A DNA stretch of 64,000 bases, taken from positions 62,001 through 126,000 of the forward strand of contig NIVC01002286.1 in assembly GCA_002269645.1 (NCBI GenBank), in the 5' to 3' direction. This document shows positions 23,801-33,775 of this stretch, piece by piece. Each line of letters starts with the position of its first letter. Within the stretch, counting starts at the first letter, position 1. The notes below the pieces were generated by a model. It saw only the letters and a list, made by a program, of their open reading frames with translations. It was not told the DNA's origin and made no database searches. Origin of the DNA: Macrostomum lignano (taxonomy: Eukaryota). The position numbers and the translations under genes were made by a program.

Positions 23801-25826
23801 GGAAGCTTGCGAAATGCCGATATCTCAGCAGCAGCGGCAGGCTGATTCAGTGCCCGTGCCAGTTGTCAAACGCAAAGGCTTCGGCAGCAGCGGCTCGGCG
23901 AGCAATTCAATCCAGCCGCAGGATCAGGGAAGCTGGGACTCGCATGTTGAGCAGCGTCATCAGGGATTCGGTTTCGCGACATCATCAATAGGTCGAACTG
24001 AAGACGCACCAGTTCCAGTGCAAGTTAAGCTGAAAGGATTGCTCAGCAACTCTGTTCAGGTGCAGCAGGAAGAGCAGCAGTGCGGCGGAAGCTGGGACTC
24101 GCCTGTCGAGCAGCGTCATCAAGGATTTGGCTCAGCGAGATCCTCAGCAGTTGAACAGCGGGAAGCACCTGTTCCAGTGCGCATGAAACAGAAAGGATTC
24201 TTCAGCAACTCATCGGTTCAGATGGAGCAGAATGGAGGAAGCTGGGACTCACCAGTTGAGAAGCGCCATCAGGGATTTGGATCCGCAGCCTCCTCAGCTG
24301 GTGAGCAGCAGCAGGGCTGCACCGAAGAAGTGGCAGTCCCGGTGCAAGTGAAACGAAAAGGGTTCTCCAGCAACTCGGTCCAGGTGCAGCAAGGAGAGCA
24401 GCAGCAGCAGGATGAAGAGGAGGGCCGTGGAAGCTGGGAATCGCCAGCCGAGAAGCACCTGTCCGCCTCGGCCGGTCTGCAGGTGAAGCGAAAAGGGTTC
24501 GGCAATAACATGTCGTCAGCGTCAGCTGGCAACATCGATCAGCAGCGAGATGTCGTCTGGGCGCCGGTGCCCGTGTCGCAGTCGACTGACGAAACTGCGA
24601 CAACAGTCTCCAAGCGTCGGAGATTTGGAAATTCGGGACAGCAGCGACAGCAGCAGCCGCGTCGGAAAGGCTTCGGCTTCGGCAGCAGCCAGCCGCAGAC
24701 GGTTCAACAGGAACAGGATGAGAACTGCGGCGAGCATCAGATTGATCAGCAATCCGCTGACGGTCACTCCAGCGGAGGTTGGAAGCTCCAGAGAGGCTTT
24801 GGCTTTAACAACCGATTGCCTGACGATGTAGAGATACCTGTGCAGCAGACCCAGCAAGCAGATGAAGACAACTGGGAGACACCCGAGCCGCAGAAGCAAC
24901 CAACCGCCGAATGCTGGGAGTCGGCAGTTCCCGTCACAGTGCACAGTACTGCTGACGCTCAGGTGACAGCACCAGTGAGCCAGACTGCTCAGGTGGGATT
25001 CGGAAACTCCGCTAGCAACCAGGCTCAGGTGGGATTCGGCAACTCCGCTACCACCCAGGCCCAGGTGGGATTCGGCAACTCCGCTAGCAACCAGGCTCAG
25101 GTGGGATTCGGCAGCTCCGCTAACACCCAGGCTCAGGTGGGATTCGGCAACTCAAACACTCAGGCTCAGGTGGAATTCGGCAACTCAAACACCCAGGCTC
25201 AGGTGGGATTCGGCAACTCCGCTAGCAACCAGGCTCAGGTGGGATTCGGCAACTCCGCTAGCAACCAGGCTCAGGTGGGATTCGGCAACTTAAACACCCA
25301 GGCTCAGATGGGATTCGGCAACTCTGCTAACACCCAGGCTCAGGTGGGATTCGGCAACTCAAACACCCAGGCTCAGGTGGGATTCGGCAACTCTGCTAAT
25401 ACCCAGGCTCAGGTGGGATTCGGCAACTCAAACACCCAGGCTCAGGTGGGATTCGGCAACTCAAACACCCAGGCTCAGGTGGGATTCGGCAACTCAAACA
25501 CCCAGGCTCAGGTGGGATTCGGCAACTCAAACACCCAGGCTCAGGTGGGATTCGGCAGCGATGTCGTAACCGACTGCGAGGATCCCATAGAAACGGATTC
25601 GATTAACGAAGTCTCACAGCAGCCGCAGCAGCAGCAGTTTAGCGATTGGTCCGAGCTCGAGGCCTCGCATTTCTGGCCAGACGACTCCGATGGCGACATC
25701 GCCGAATCGCCGAGTGCCGAGCGTCGCGGCTGGCTAGCCGCCTTCACTGACCGGGTGAGCGGCCTGCTCAGGAGAAGCGTCGGCTACTCAGACAGCGCCA
25801 CCTCTGCCGACTGGGTGCGAAATTGA
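14802..25826 (+). CDS. TEX14: Ankyrin-repeat plus inactive protein-kinase domain protein, TEX14-like, with a long low-complexity C-terminus
   Basis: Phase-consistent GT-AG exons: 14802-14886, 14961-15075, 16500-16895, 18645-18855, 19408-19788, 19889-20183, 21124-21713, (junction unresolved), 22485-22735, 23230-25826. Ankyrin repeats NGETALFVASYYGHEDIVDLLL and GNTPLHAAASRGHHRVMSRLISSGAD. Kinase-like segments MTWRSSAVSVRQL, LRHPAILTMMAV, IFERVGLGSLFHHLH, HTALSSHAVHLVSPSLAKLGCLEY, NWLAPE, ADVYGLG parallel the degenerate motifs I recall from vertebrate TEX14 ([35 protein letters not shown]). Orthology not tested. Confidence 0.75.
15197..15870 (-). mobile_element. 5'-truncated RTE-type non-LTR retrotransposon 3' fragment in intron 2 of the TEX14-like gene
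   Basis: Minus-strand EIWIRIGRAKIALEKLDNIWRAK..KMLPMRLVVMATLLYARESW matches the post-RT region of RTE/CR1-like LINEs. (CAT)n tail on plus at 15197-15206. A ~103-bp segment is triplicated (about 15247-15545). Confidence 0.75.
17140..17330 (+). repeat. Dispersed repeat, fragment A (shared with 27635-27750)
   Basis: agagtcattgcaaaca..gtgactct..aatgcgacagagaggcgactgttgagtcacgag(c/a)gcatcacgtgagt occurs at both loci. Confidence 0.8.
19017..19335. repeat. Intronic 17-bp minisatellite (cacattgtcatactgct / cacattgtcagactgtt)
   Basis: About 18 tandem copies; explains the SHCHTAHI-type ORFs. Confidence 0.93.
20570..20835 (+). repeat. Dispersed repeat, fragment B (shared with 27770-27990)
   Basis: ctacggcccc.gagtcat..aaaacgcctcaaattg.ctctta..cgactttt..tttacctgtgttacctgcaa..ctgggacgcttctt.gcctag occurs at both loci. 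Confidence 0.8.
21793..22243. repeat. Intronic 21-bp minisatellite (catgtagaccggctgctcaca/ta)
   Basis: About 21 copies; source of the HVDRLLT and MYEQPVY 7-residue repeat ORFs. Confidence 0.95.
22765..23135. repeat. Intronic ~22-bp minisatellite (gctgttgattgacaggtgtact)
   Basis: Tandem copies decaying toward the 3' end. Confidence 0.9.
24980..25556 (+). repeat. Coding tandem repeat (AQVGFGNS[A]NTQ, 33/36 bp) in the last exon of the TEX14-like gene
   Basis: About 17 copies of caggctcaggtgggattcggcaactc; all length variants preserve the frame. Confidence 0.9.
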
Positions 25827-26384
25827 ATTCCCAATGTTGGCTGAGTAGTCTGTTAGGATTGTTCTATCCAATTTGAGCAAAATACAGAGGGCTGAAGCAT
25901 CGAGGCGCGAGCATAGCTACGAATATATTAGTGTTGTAGTTAATGTAGCATAGCATTAAGTGAGGATTTACCATAGACAGTCTCTCGGCGGGCGTGAAAC
26001 GCGTTTCGCGACCGCCCCGCTGGCTTATTGCCTTGAATCAACGGGCTTTTGACCATAGACATTGTTAGCGGGCGCAGCATTAAAACGCATATGAAAGCTT
26101 TGCCATTCAACACATATCAATTCATATCATTCAATACATGGCATATACATACAGTATACTATATTGACATTACTAATTAATTTTCATTTATAAACATTAA
26201 TTTCAGAGTGCCTCACCTGCTAGCAGATCGAATGGGCGGATTAACATTGGAATTGGGCATCGGCACCAGTTTGACTAGCTTTTGGCTTATCGCATTGCTT
26301 ACGCGAGCGCATGAACCGTTTTAATTTGTTTGTTTTTTAGCTGCTCTGCTCATTTCGTGTTTTCGTGTTTAGTTTTGGTTTTAG

Positions 26385-27086
26385 GAGATGACAGTTCAGG
26401 AGATGTGTCAGATGTGTCAGGAGATGACAGTTCAGGAGATGTGTCAGATGTGTCAGGAGATGACAGTTCAGGAGATGTGTCAGGAGATGACAGTTCAGAA
26501 GATGTGTCAGAAGATGACAGTTCAGCAGATGACAGTTCAGGAGATGTGTCAGGAGATGACAGTTCAAGAGATGTGTCAGGAGATGACAGTTCAGGAGATG
26601 TGTCAGGAGATGACAGTTTAAGAGATGTGTCAGGTGATGACAGTTCAGGAGATGTGTCAGGAGATGACAGTTCAGGAGATGTGTCAGGAGATGTGTCAGA
26701 AGATGACAGTTCAGGAGATAACAGTTCAGGAGACGTGTCAGGAGATGACAGTTCAGGAGATGTGTCAGGAGATGACAGTTCAGGAGACGTGTCAGGAGAT
26801 GACAGTTCAGGAGAATTGTCAGGAGATGACAGTTCAGGAGATGTGTCAGGAGATGACAGTTCAGGAGATGTGTCAGGAGATGACAGTTCAGGAGATGTGT
26901 CAGGAGATGACAGTTCAGGAGATGTGTCAGGAGATGACAGTTCAGGAGATGTGTCAGGAGATGACAGTTCAGGAGATGTGTCAGGAGATGACAGTTCAGG
27001 AGATGTGTCAGGAGATGACAGTTCAGGAGATGTGTCAGGAGATAACAGTTCAGGAGATGTGTCAGGAGATGACAGTTCAGGAGATG
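26385..27086. repeat. 27-bp minisatellite GGAGATGACAGTTCAGGAGATGTGTCA
   Basis: About 25 copies with 12/15-bp subunit shuffling. Confidence 0.95.
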
Positions 27087-27634
27087 TGTGCTCAGGTACC
27101 TAGTTATTCATTCGATTGAAGTTCAGGTGATGAGGATTTATGTTTCGGGTGATGAGGATTTTTAGCTTTCAGTTTCTTTTTTGAGCGTAAACCAGCGCAT
27201 GGTGTCTCCTGCCAGCTTGTCTTGCTTTCACATTAATATGCTTTTCTTCATCATTTAGAAAGGGTCCATTCTATTACTTTCATCGTCTTCCACATTTTCC
27301 TGTCCATTTAATTTTGCTTTTATTAAAACTTTTTTACTAGGGTAATGAATCTTAGAACGCCAGCCATTTCAATGTTTATCGAGTTTGCGTCCTACAAAAA
27401 GTAGGTGAAATTCAGTCCAAATTTTGTGCCCATTTTTACCATTTTGAATTGTGCCGAAAAATTGCTTGCATTTCTTTGTCTGTTGTGCTTTTCTGTTTTT
27501 TTTTTCGTTTTTTCCCAATAAAAAGTATGTTTGTTGCGATGTGGAGGTCCAAGTTTTTCGTTTCGTTTTAATTGACTTTAAATCAGGTTTTCTGTTATTC
27601 AATTTTCAACAAACCATCGTTGAAAACGTTATCG

Positions 27635-27990
27635 CAGCAAGAATCGCTAGAGTCATTGCAAACAACTCTAGTGACTCTAATGCGACAGAGAGGCGACTGT
27701 TGAGTCACGAGAGCATCACGTGAGTTGCAGACTCGTAAGAGTCTATTCTAATTCATTAAGTGACGCAAATGCGACCCTACGGCCCCAGAGTCATGTAGAA
27801 GCGACCCAGAGTTGTTTCAGTCGCAGAAAATCAAAACGCCTCAAATTGCCTCTTAAGCAACTCTTTGACGACTTTTTAGCGACTTGTACCGTGACATCTC
27901 GTCGTTTTAAAATCGTCTAGTCACTTTCCTATTTACCTGTGTTACCTGCAACCAATCTGGGACGCTTCTTGGCCTAGGTATCGTTTTCAT
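27635..27990 (+). mobile_element. Longer copy of the dispersed non-coding repeat seen in pieces at 17.1 kb and 20.6 kb
   Basis: Contains fragment A followed by fragment B in a single stretch. Confidence 0.7.
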
Positions 27991-28223
27991 CGTGGTCTGA
28001 TCGCCTACTGATAAGTATTGCCAGAGAAGAATGTAAAGTGAATCTCTTTAAGTTACTCCACGCAAAGTGAACGACCTCTCCTTTAACGTTCGCTGTCAAG
28101 CATATACACTCAGCAACATTTAAAACGCAACACTCTAACTAGTGAATGAAGACGCTGTCGTCTTCAAAGGTGGGACGATGGTTTATATATTGTGTTTTTA
28201 TCCTTTTATGGCTATGACATATG

Positions 28224-29865
28224 CCCCTGGCATTAGTTAGTCTAGTGGTCTAGTGGGGGCTGGCCGCCCCCACGCCCCTGGCATTAGTTAGTCTAGTGGT
28301 ATAGTGGGGGGCTGGCCGCCCCCACGCCCCTGGCATTAGTTAGTCTAGTGGTATAGTGGGGGCTCGCCGCCCCCCACGCCCCTGGCATTAGTTAGTCTAG
28401 TGGTATAGTGGGGGGCTGGCCGCCCCCCACGCCCCTGGCATTAGTTAGTCTAGTGGTATAGTGGGGGGCTGGCCGCCCCCCACGCCCCTGGCATTAGTTA
28501 GTCTAGTGGTATAGTGGGGGCTGGCCGCCCCCACGCCCCTGGCATTAGTTAGTCTAGTGGTATAGTGGGGGCTGGCCGCCCCCCACGCCCCTGGCATTAG
28601 TTAGTCTAGTGGTGTAGTGGGGGCTGGCCGCCCCCACGCCCCTGGCATTAGTTAGTCTAGTGGTATAGTGGGGGGCTGGCCGCCCCCCACGCCCCTGGCA
28701 TTAGTTAGTCTAGTGGTATAGTGGGGGGCTGGCCGCCCCCCACGCCCCTGGCATTAGTTAGTCTAGTGGTATAGTGGGGGGCTGGCCGCCCCCCACGCCC
28801 CTGGCATTAGTTAGTCTAGTGGTATAGTGGGGGGCTGGCCGCCCCCACGCCCCTGGCATTAGTTAGTCTAGTGGTATAGTGGGGGCTGGCCGCCCCCACG
28901 CCCCTGGCATTAGTTAGTCTAGTGGTATAGTGGGGGGCTGGCCGCCCCCCACGCTCCTGGCATTAGTTAGTCTAGTGGTATAGTGGGGGGCTGGCCGCCC
29001 CCACGCCCCTGGCATTAGTTAGTCTAGTGGTATAGTGGGGGGCTGGCCGCCCCCCACGCCCCTGGCATTAGTTAGTCTAGTGGTATAGTGGGGGCTGGCC
29101 GCCCCCACGCCCCTGGCATTAGTTAGTCTAGTGGTATAGTGGGGGGCTAGCCGCCCCCCACGCCCCTGGCATTAGTTCTTCTAGTGGTACGCTCGTATAG
29201 TGGGGGGGCTTGCCGCCCCCCACGCCCCTGGCATTAGTTAGTCTAGTGGTATAGTGGGGGGCTGGCCGCCCCCACGCCCCTGGCATTAGTTAGTCTAGTG
29301 GTGTAGTGGGGGCTGGCCGCCCCCCACGCCCCTGGCATTAGTTAGTCTAGTGGTATAGTGGGGGGCTGGCCGCCCCCTACGCCCCTGGCATTAGTTAGTC
29401 TAGTGGTATAGTGGGGGCTGGCCGCCCCCACGCCCCTGGCATTAGTTAGTCTAGTGGTACGCTCGTATAGTGGGGGGCTGGCCGCCCCCCACGCCCCTGG
29501 CATTAGTTAGTCTAGTGGTATAGTGGGGGGCTGGCCGCCCCCCACGCCCCTGGCATTAGTTAGTCTAGTGGTATAGTGGGGGGCTGGCCGCCCCCCACGC
29601 CCCTGGCATTAGTTAGTCTTGTGGTATAGTAGGGGGCTAGCCGCCCCCCACGCCCCTGGCATTAGTTTTTCTAGTGGTATAGTGGGGGCTGGCCGCCCCC
29701 ACGCCCCTGGCATTAGTTAGTCTAGTGGTATAGTGGTATAGTGGGGGCTAGCCGCCCCCACGCCCCTGGCATTAGTTAGTCTAGTGGTATAGTGGGGGGC
29801 TGGCCGCCCCCCACGCCCCTGGCATTAGTTTTTCTAGTGGTATAGTGGGGGGCTGGCCGCCCCCA
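28224..29865. repeat. 51-53 bp hairpin satellite inside unit 1
   Basis: About 30 copies of ctggcattagttagtctagtggtatagtggggggctggccgccccccacgccc; each has a GTGGGGGGC/GCCCCCCAC stem. Confidence 0.95.
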
Positions 29866-30263
29866 CACCCCCGCTCCCCCACCCCTCCCGCGCGTTGTTG
29901 TTGGGAGGGTGGTTGTTGTTGTGGGGTTTGCGTAACGTGGGGGCTGCCGCCCCCACACCCCGCTCCCCCACCCCACCCCTCCGCAACTCTTCTCACCTCT
30001 AACACATCTTTTTAGCATGCTAAAACTGCTTGTAAGCCTTTGGCGACCGCGCAACACATGATACTTGCCGATATGTATCGTAATATTTTTTCTGCACTAA
30101 CAAATCATCTGTGCCGCACTTTCAGCTTCACTCTTACTCTTTAATAAGGTATAGAAGGAAATGAAAATTAAACAATCAATATTAAATTATATTCAAGTGA
30201 AAGAGAATTGAAAATACTAATAAATCCGTTCCTGCTAAAAAAATTAAATTTAAAAAAAAAACT

Positions 30264-30336
30264 TGGCCCACTTGGGATTCGAACCCGTGTTTAGGCCATT
30301 TACAAAGCAACTGCCTTCGGCCCCGATCCATCTCTT
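30264..30336 (-). ncRNA. tRNA-like pseudogene module inside unit 1 (also about 34266-34337, 37590-37662, 40511-40582, 44788-44858)
   Basis: B-box GGGTTCGAATCCC on the minus strand. Unit 3 has A-box TGGCTTAGTGG. No convincing full cloverleaf. Confidence 0.55.
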
Positions 30337-31807
30337 GCTTAAGCGAAGCTCTACAGTGCACGCCCTTTATATCGAATATTCCCTATGGTAGCCACTTTTA
30401 CGATTTTTGCTGCTTTTTCATACATTTCTGCTCGCTGCATCGCAGCGCCTTCATCTAAAAATGCGAGTTGCATGTCGTTACAGAGATAACATCAAGGCGC
30501 ATTCATCTAATGCATTTTTAAAGTATGTCAACAAATTTTACGCCTCCTAGGCGCCAAATTGTGCATTTTCACCTGTTCTGACAGGTATTCAAACAGGTAT
30601 TAAGACCTATTAACTTAAGAATCAGTTTTCAAAACTAATTTAGTTGCACAGTGCATCCATAGTGCTGTTTTTAGACACCAAAATTGAGTCTCTAGGCCTT
30701 GCCAATGCAGAGTTATTAGCAAAAGTATGCTCAAAATTTGCCCAAAAATAGCCTTCTAAAAATTCGGAGCCAATTTTCTCAAAAATACGAATTTTCCAGC
30801 CATATTGGCGTATGACCGGTGTAACTTTAGCTATTCGACTAAACAATATTGAAAATGCAGAAAAATCGGTGCGCAAAAATTCTTATTTTTCGACTTCAAA
30901 GTTTGTACCCCGAATGGGCCGTTTTTCACTTAACAGGTAAAAAGTACCTGTTAACAGAGGTTTTTTCAGGAGTGTTTTATGTCATTCAAAAGGGCATCCG
31001 ATAGGCTACAATTTGACGCCATACTCGAAAAACTTTGCCCCATTTTAAAAAAATTTCCTTAACAACGTCTGATTTTCTGCAGTGCCCCCCGGCCTCTTTT
31101 TTCCCTGGTTTCCGGGTCACTGCTCAGCACAGGTAGGTCCAAATGCTTAGAAAATTTAGGAAAACAAATTTCCATATGTTTGACACGTCGTGTTAAAGTC
31201 TCAACACTGTAGCATAAAACACTTTTTCAAGTTTGAGGACTACTTTTTTAAAACGTGACCCAATTTTTCGAAAATGTCGTTTTTAGGCACTCTTTGGCAC
31301 CTGGGCAGGTTATTGATGGCCCAATCGGCCAAATCTCGATGTTTCCGATTAAAAGACATCCATTTGAGTTATTTGGTATACAAAACAGCAAAAATAAAGT
31401 TTTCCATCTCGACGCCATAGGCCTCACAAAAGTGCACTAAAAATTTGTACTTTTAAACAGCAGATAGGCAGCCATGTGAAAAGTACATTTTAGCCCTAAA
31501 AACTATAGCGCATCAAACAGCCCCAGGTGTTATTGACGCTATGAGGCAGCTCAAAGGCCGCGCTGTCGCGCGTCCTTTTCGCTGCGGTGAGGCAAAGTTG
31601 AAAAAAATGCCGATTTTTCGACCTCAGAAAACACGTTTTTTGCACTTTTACCCTAAAAGTTAAAGTACAATCAAAAAATCCATTTCTGATCATTGTAGCG
31701 TTTGAATGCCCGCGTTTACTGAGCCCACTCGCTAAGCGCTGCCATATTCTCAATCCTTATTTTTTGAGATCAAAGTTTTTGACAAAGTCGAAAAAACGCA
31801 GTTTTTG

Positions 31808-31843
31808 GTTGCCATGGCAACCAAAACGCGTTGCCATAGCAAC
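31808..31843. promoter_or_regulatory. Paired RFX X-box-like motifs carried by the element (present in all five units)
   Basis: GTTGCCATGGCAAC (31808-31821) and GTTGCCATAGCAAC (31830-31843). Function in this context is untested. Confidence 0.5.
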
Positions 31844-32163
31844 CAACTATTGTGCATCCGATAGCGCTAGGTCTTTGACACATTTTGGCAAAAACTGTTT
31901 GTAAATCGGTTGTACCGTTTTTTATTGGCAGCGTTTAAAAGTTGAAAAACGTCATTTTTAGTGTGTGCAACCACGTTACATCTTATCAGGGACGATTTCG
32001 CAAAAGTAAGCAGTATAGAAAAAAATTCTCGCTTCGCTCGCATTTTTTTCTATACTACTTACTGGCTCATCGTCCCACAACTAGTGAATGAAGACGCTGT
32101 CGTCTTCAAAGGTGGGACGATGGGTATATATTGTGTTTTTATCCTTTTATGGCTATGACATAT

Positions 32164-33775
32164 GCCCCTGGCATTAGTTAGTCTAGTGGTCTAGTGGGGG
32201 GCTGGCCGCCCCCACGCCCCTGGCATTAGTTAGTCTAGTGGTATAGTGGGGGCTGGCCGCCCCCCACGCCCCTGGCATTAGTTAGTCTAGTGGTATAGTG
32301 GGGGCTGGCCGCCCCCCACGCTCCTGGCATTAGTTAGTCTAGTGGTATAGTGGGGGGCTGGCCGCCACCCACGCCCCTGGCATTAGTTAGTCTAGTGGTA
32401 TAGTGGGGGGCTTGCCGCCCCCCACGCCCCTGGCATTAGTTAGTCTAGTGGTATAGTGGGGGGCTGGCCGCCCCCCACGCCCCTGGCATTAGTTTTTCTA
32501 GTGGTACGCTAGTATAGTGGGGGGCTTGCCGCCCCCCACGCCCCTGGCATTAGTTAGTCTAGTGGTATAGTGGGGGGGGGGGCTGGCCGCCCCCCACGCC
32601 CCTGGCATTAGTTAGTCTAGTGGTATAGTGGGGGGCTAGCCGCCCCCCACGCCCCCGGGCATTAGTTAGTCTAGTGGTATAGTGGGGGGCTGGCCGCCCC
32701 CCACGCCCCTGGCATTAGTTAGTCTAGTGGTATAGTGGGGGGCTTGCCGCCCCCCACGCCCCTGGCATTAGTTAGTCTAGTGGTATAGTGGGGGGCTGGC
32801 CGCCCCCCACGCCCCTGGCATTAGTTAGTCTAGTGGTATAGTGGGGGGCTAGCCGCCCCCACGCCCCTGGCATTAGTTCTTCTAGTGGTACGCTCGTATA
32901 GTGGGGGGGCTTGCCGCCCCCCACGCCCCTGGCATTAGTTAGTCTAGTGGTATAGTGGGGGCTGGCCGCCCCCCACGCCCCTGGCATTAGTTAGTCTAGT
33001 GGTGTAGTGGGGGCTGGCCAACCCCCACGCCCCTGGCATTAGTTAGTCTAGTGGTAGCGTGGGGGGCTTGCCGCCCCCCACGCCCCTGGCATTAGTTAGT
33101 CTAGTGGTATAGTGGGGGGCTGGCCGCCCCCCACGCCCCTGGCATTAGTTAGTCTAGTGGTATAGTGGGGGGCTGGCCGCCCCCCACGCCCCTGGCATTA
33201 GTTAGTCTAGTGGTATAGTGGGGGCTTGCTGCCCCCACGCCCCTGGCATTAGTTAGTCTAGTGGTATAGTGGGGGCTTGCCGCCCCCCACGCCCCTGGCA
33301 TTAGTTAGTCTAGTGGTATAGTGGGGGGCTGGCCGCCCCCCACGCCCCTGGCATTAGTTTTTCTAGTGGTACGCTCGTATAGTAGGGGGCTGGCCGCCCC
33401 CCACGCCCCTGGCATTAGTTTTTCTAGTGGTACACTCGTATAGTGGGGGGCTTGCCGCCCCCCACGCCCCTGGCATTAGTTAGTCTAGTGGTATAGTGGG
33501 GGCTGGCCGCCCCCACGCCCCTGGCATTAGTTAGTCTAGTGGTATAGTGGGGGGCTAGCCGCCCCCACGCCCCTGGCATTAGTTAGTCTAGTGGTATAGT
33601 GGGGGGCTGGCCGCCCCCCACGCCCCTGGCATTAGTTAGTCTAGTGGTATAGTGGGGGGCTGGCCGCCCCCACACCCCTGGCATTAGTTTGTCTAGTGGT
33701 ATAGTGGGGAGTTGGCCGCCCCCACGCCCCTGGCATTAGTTTGTCTAGTGGTATAGTGGAAGGCTGGCCGCCCCC
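32164..33775. repeat. 51-53 bp hairpin satellite inside unit 2
   Basis: Same unit as 28224-29865, about 30 copies. Confidence 0.95.

Noticed and set aside
27124-27165. Two GTGATGA C-box motifs (snoRNA?)
   Set aside because: They come from a short local duplication, with no matching CTGA D-box or terminal stem.
28224-33775. CRISPR-like appearance of the palindromic 52-bp repeats
   Set aside because: There are no unique spacers, the monomers abut directly, no cas genes are present, and the context is eukaryotic.
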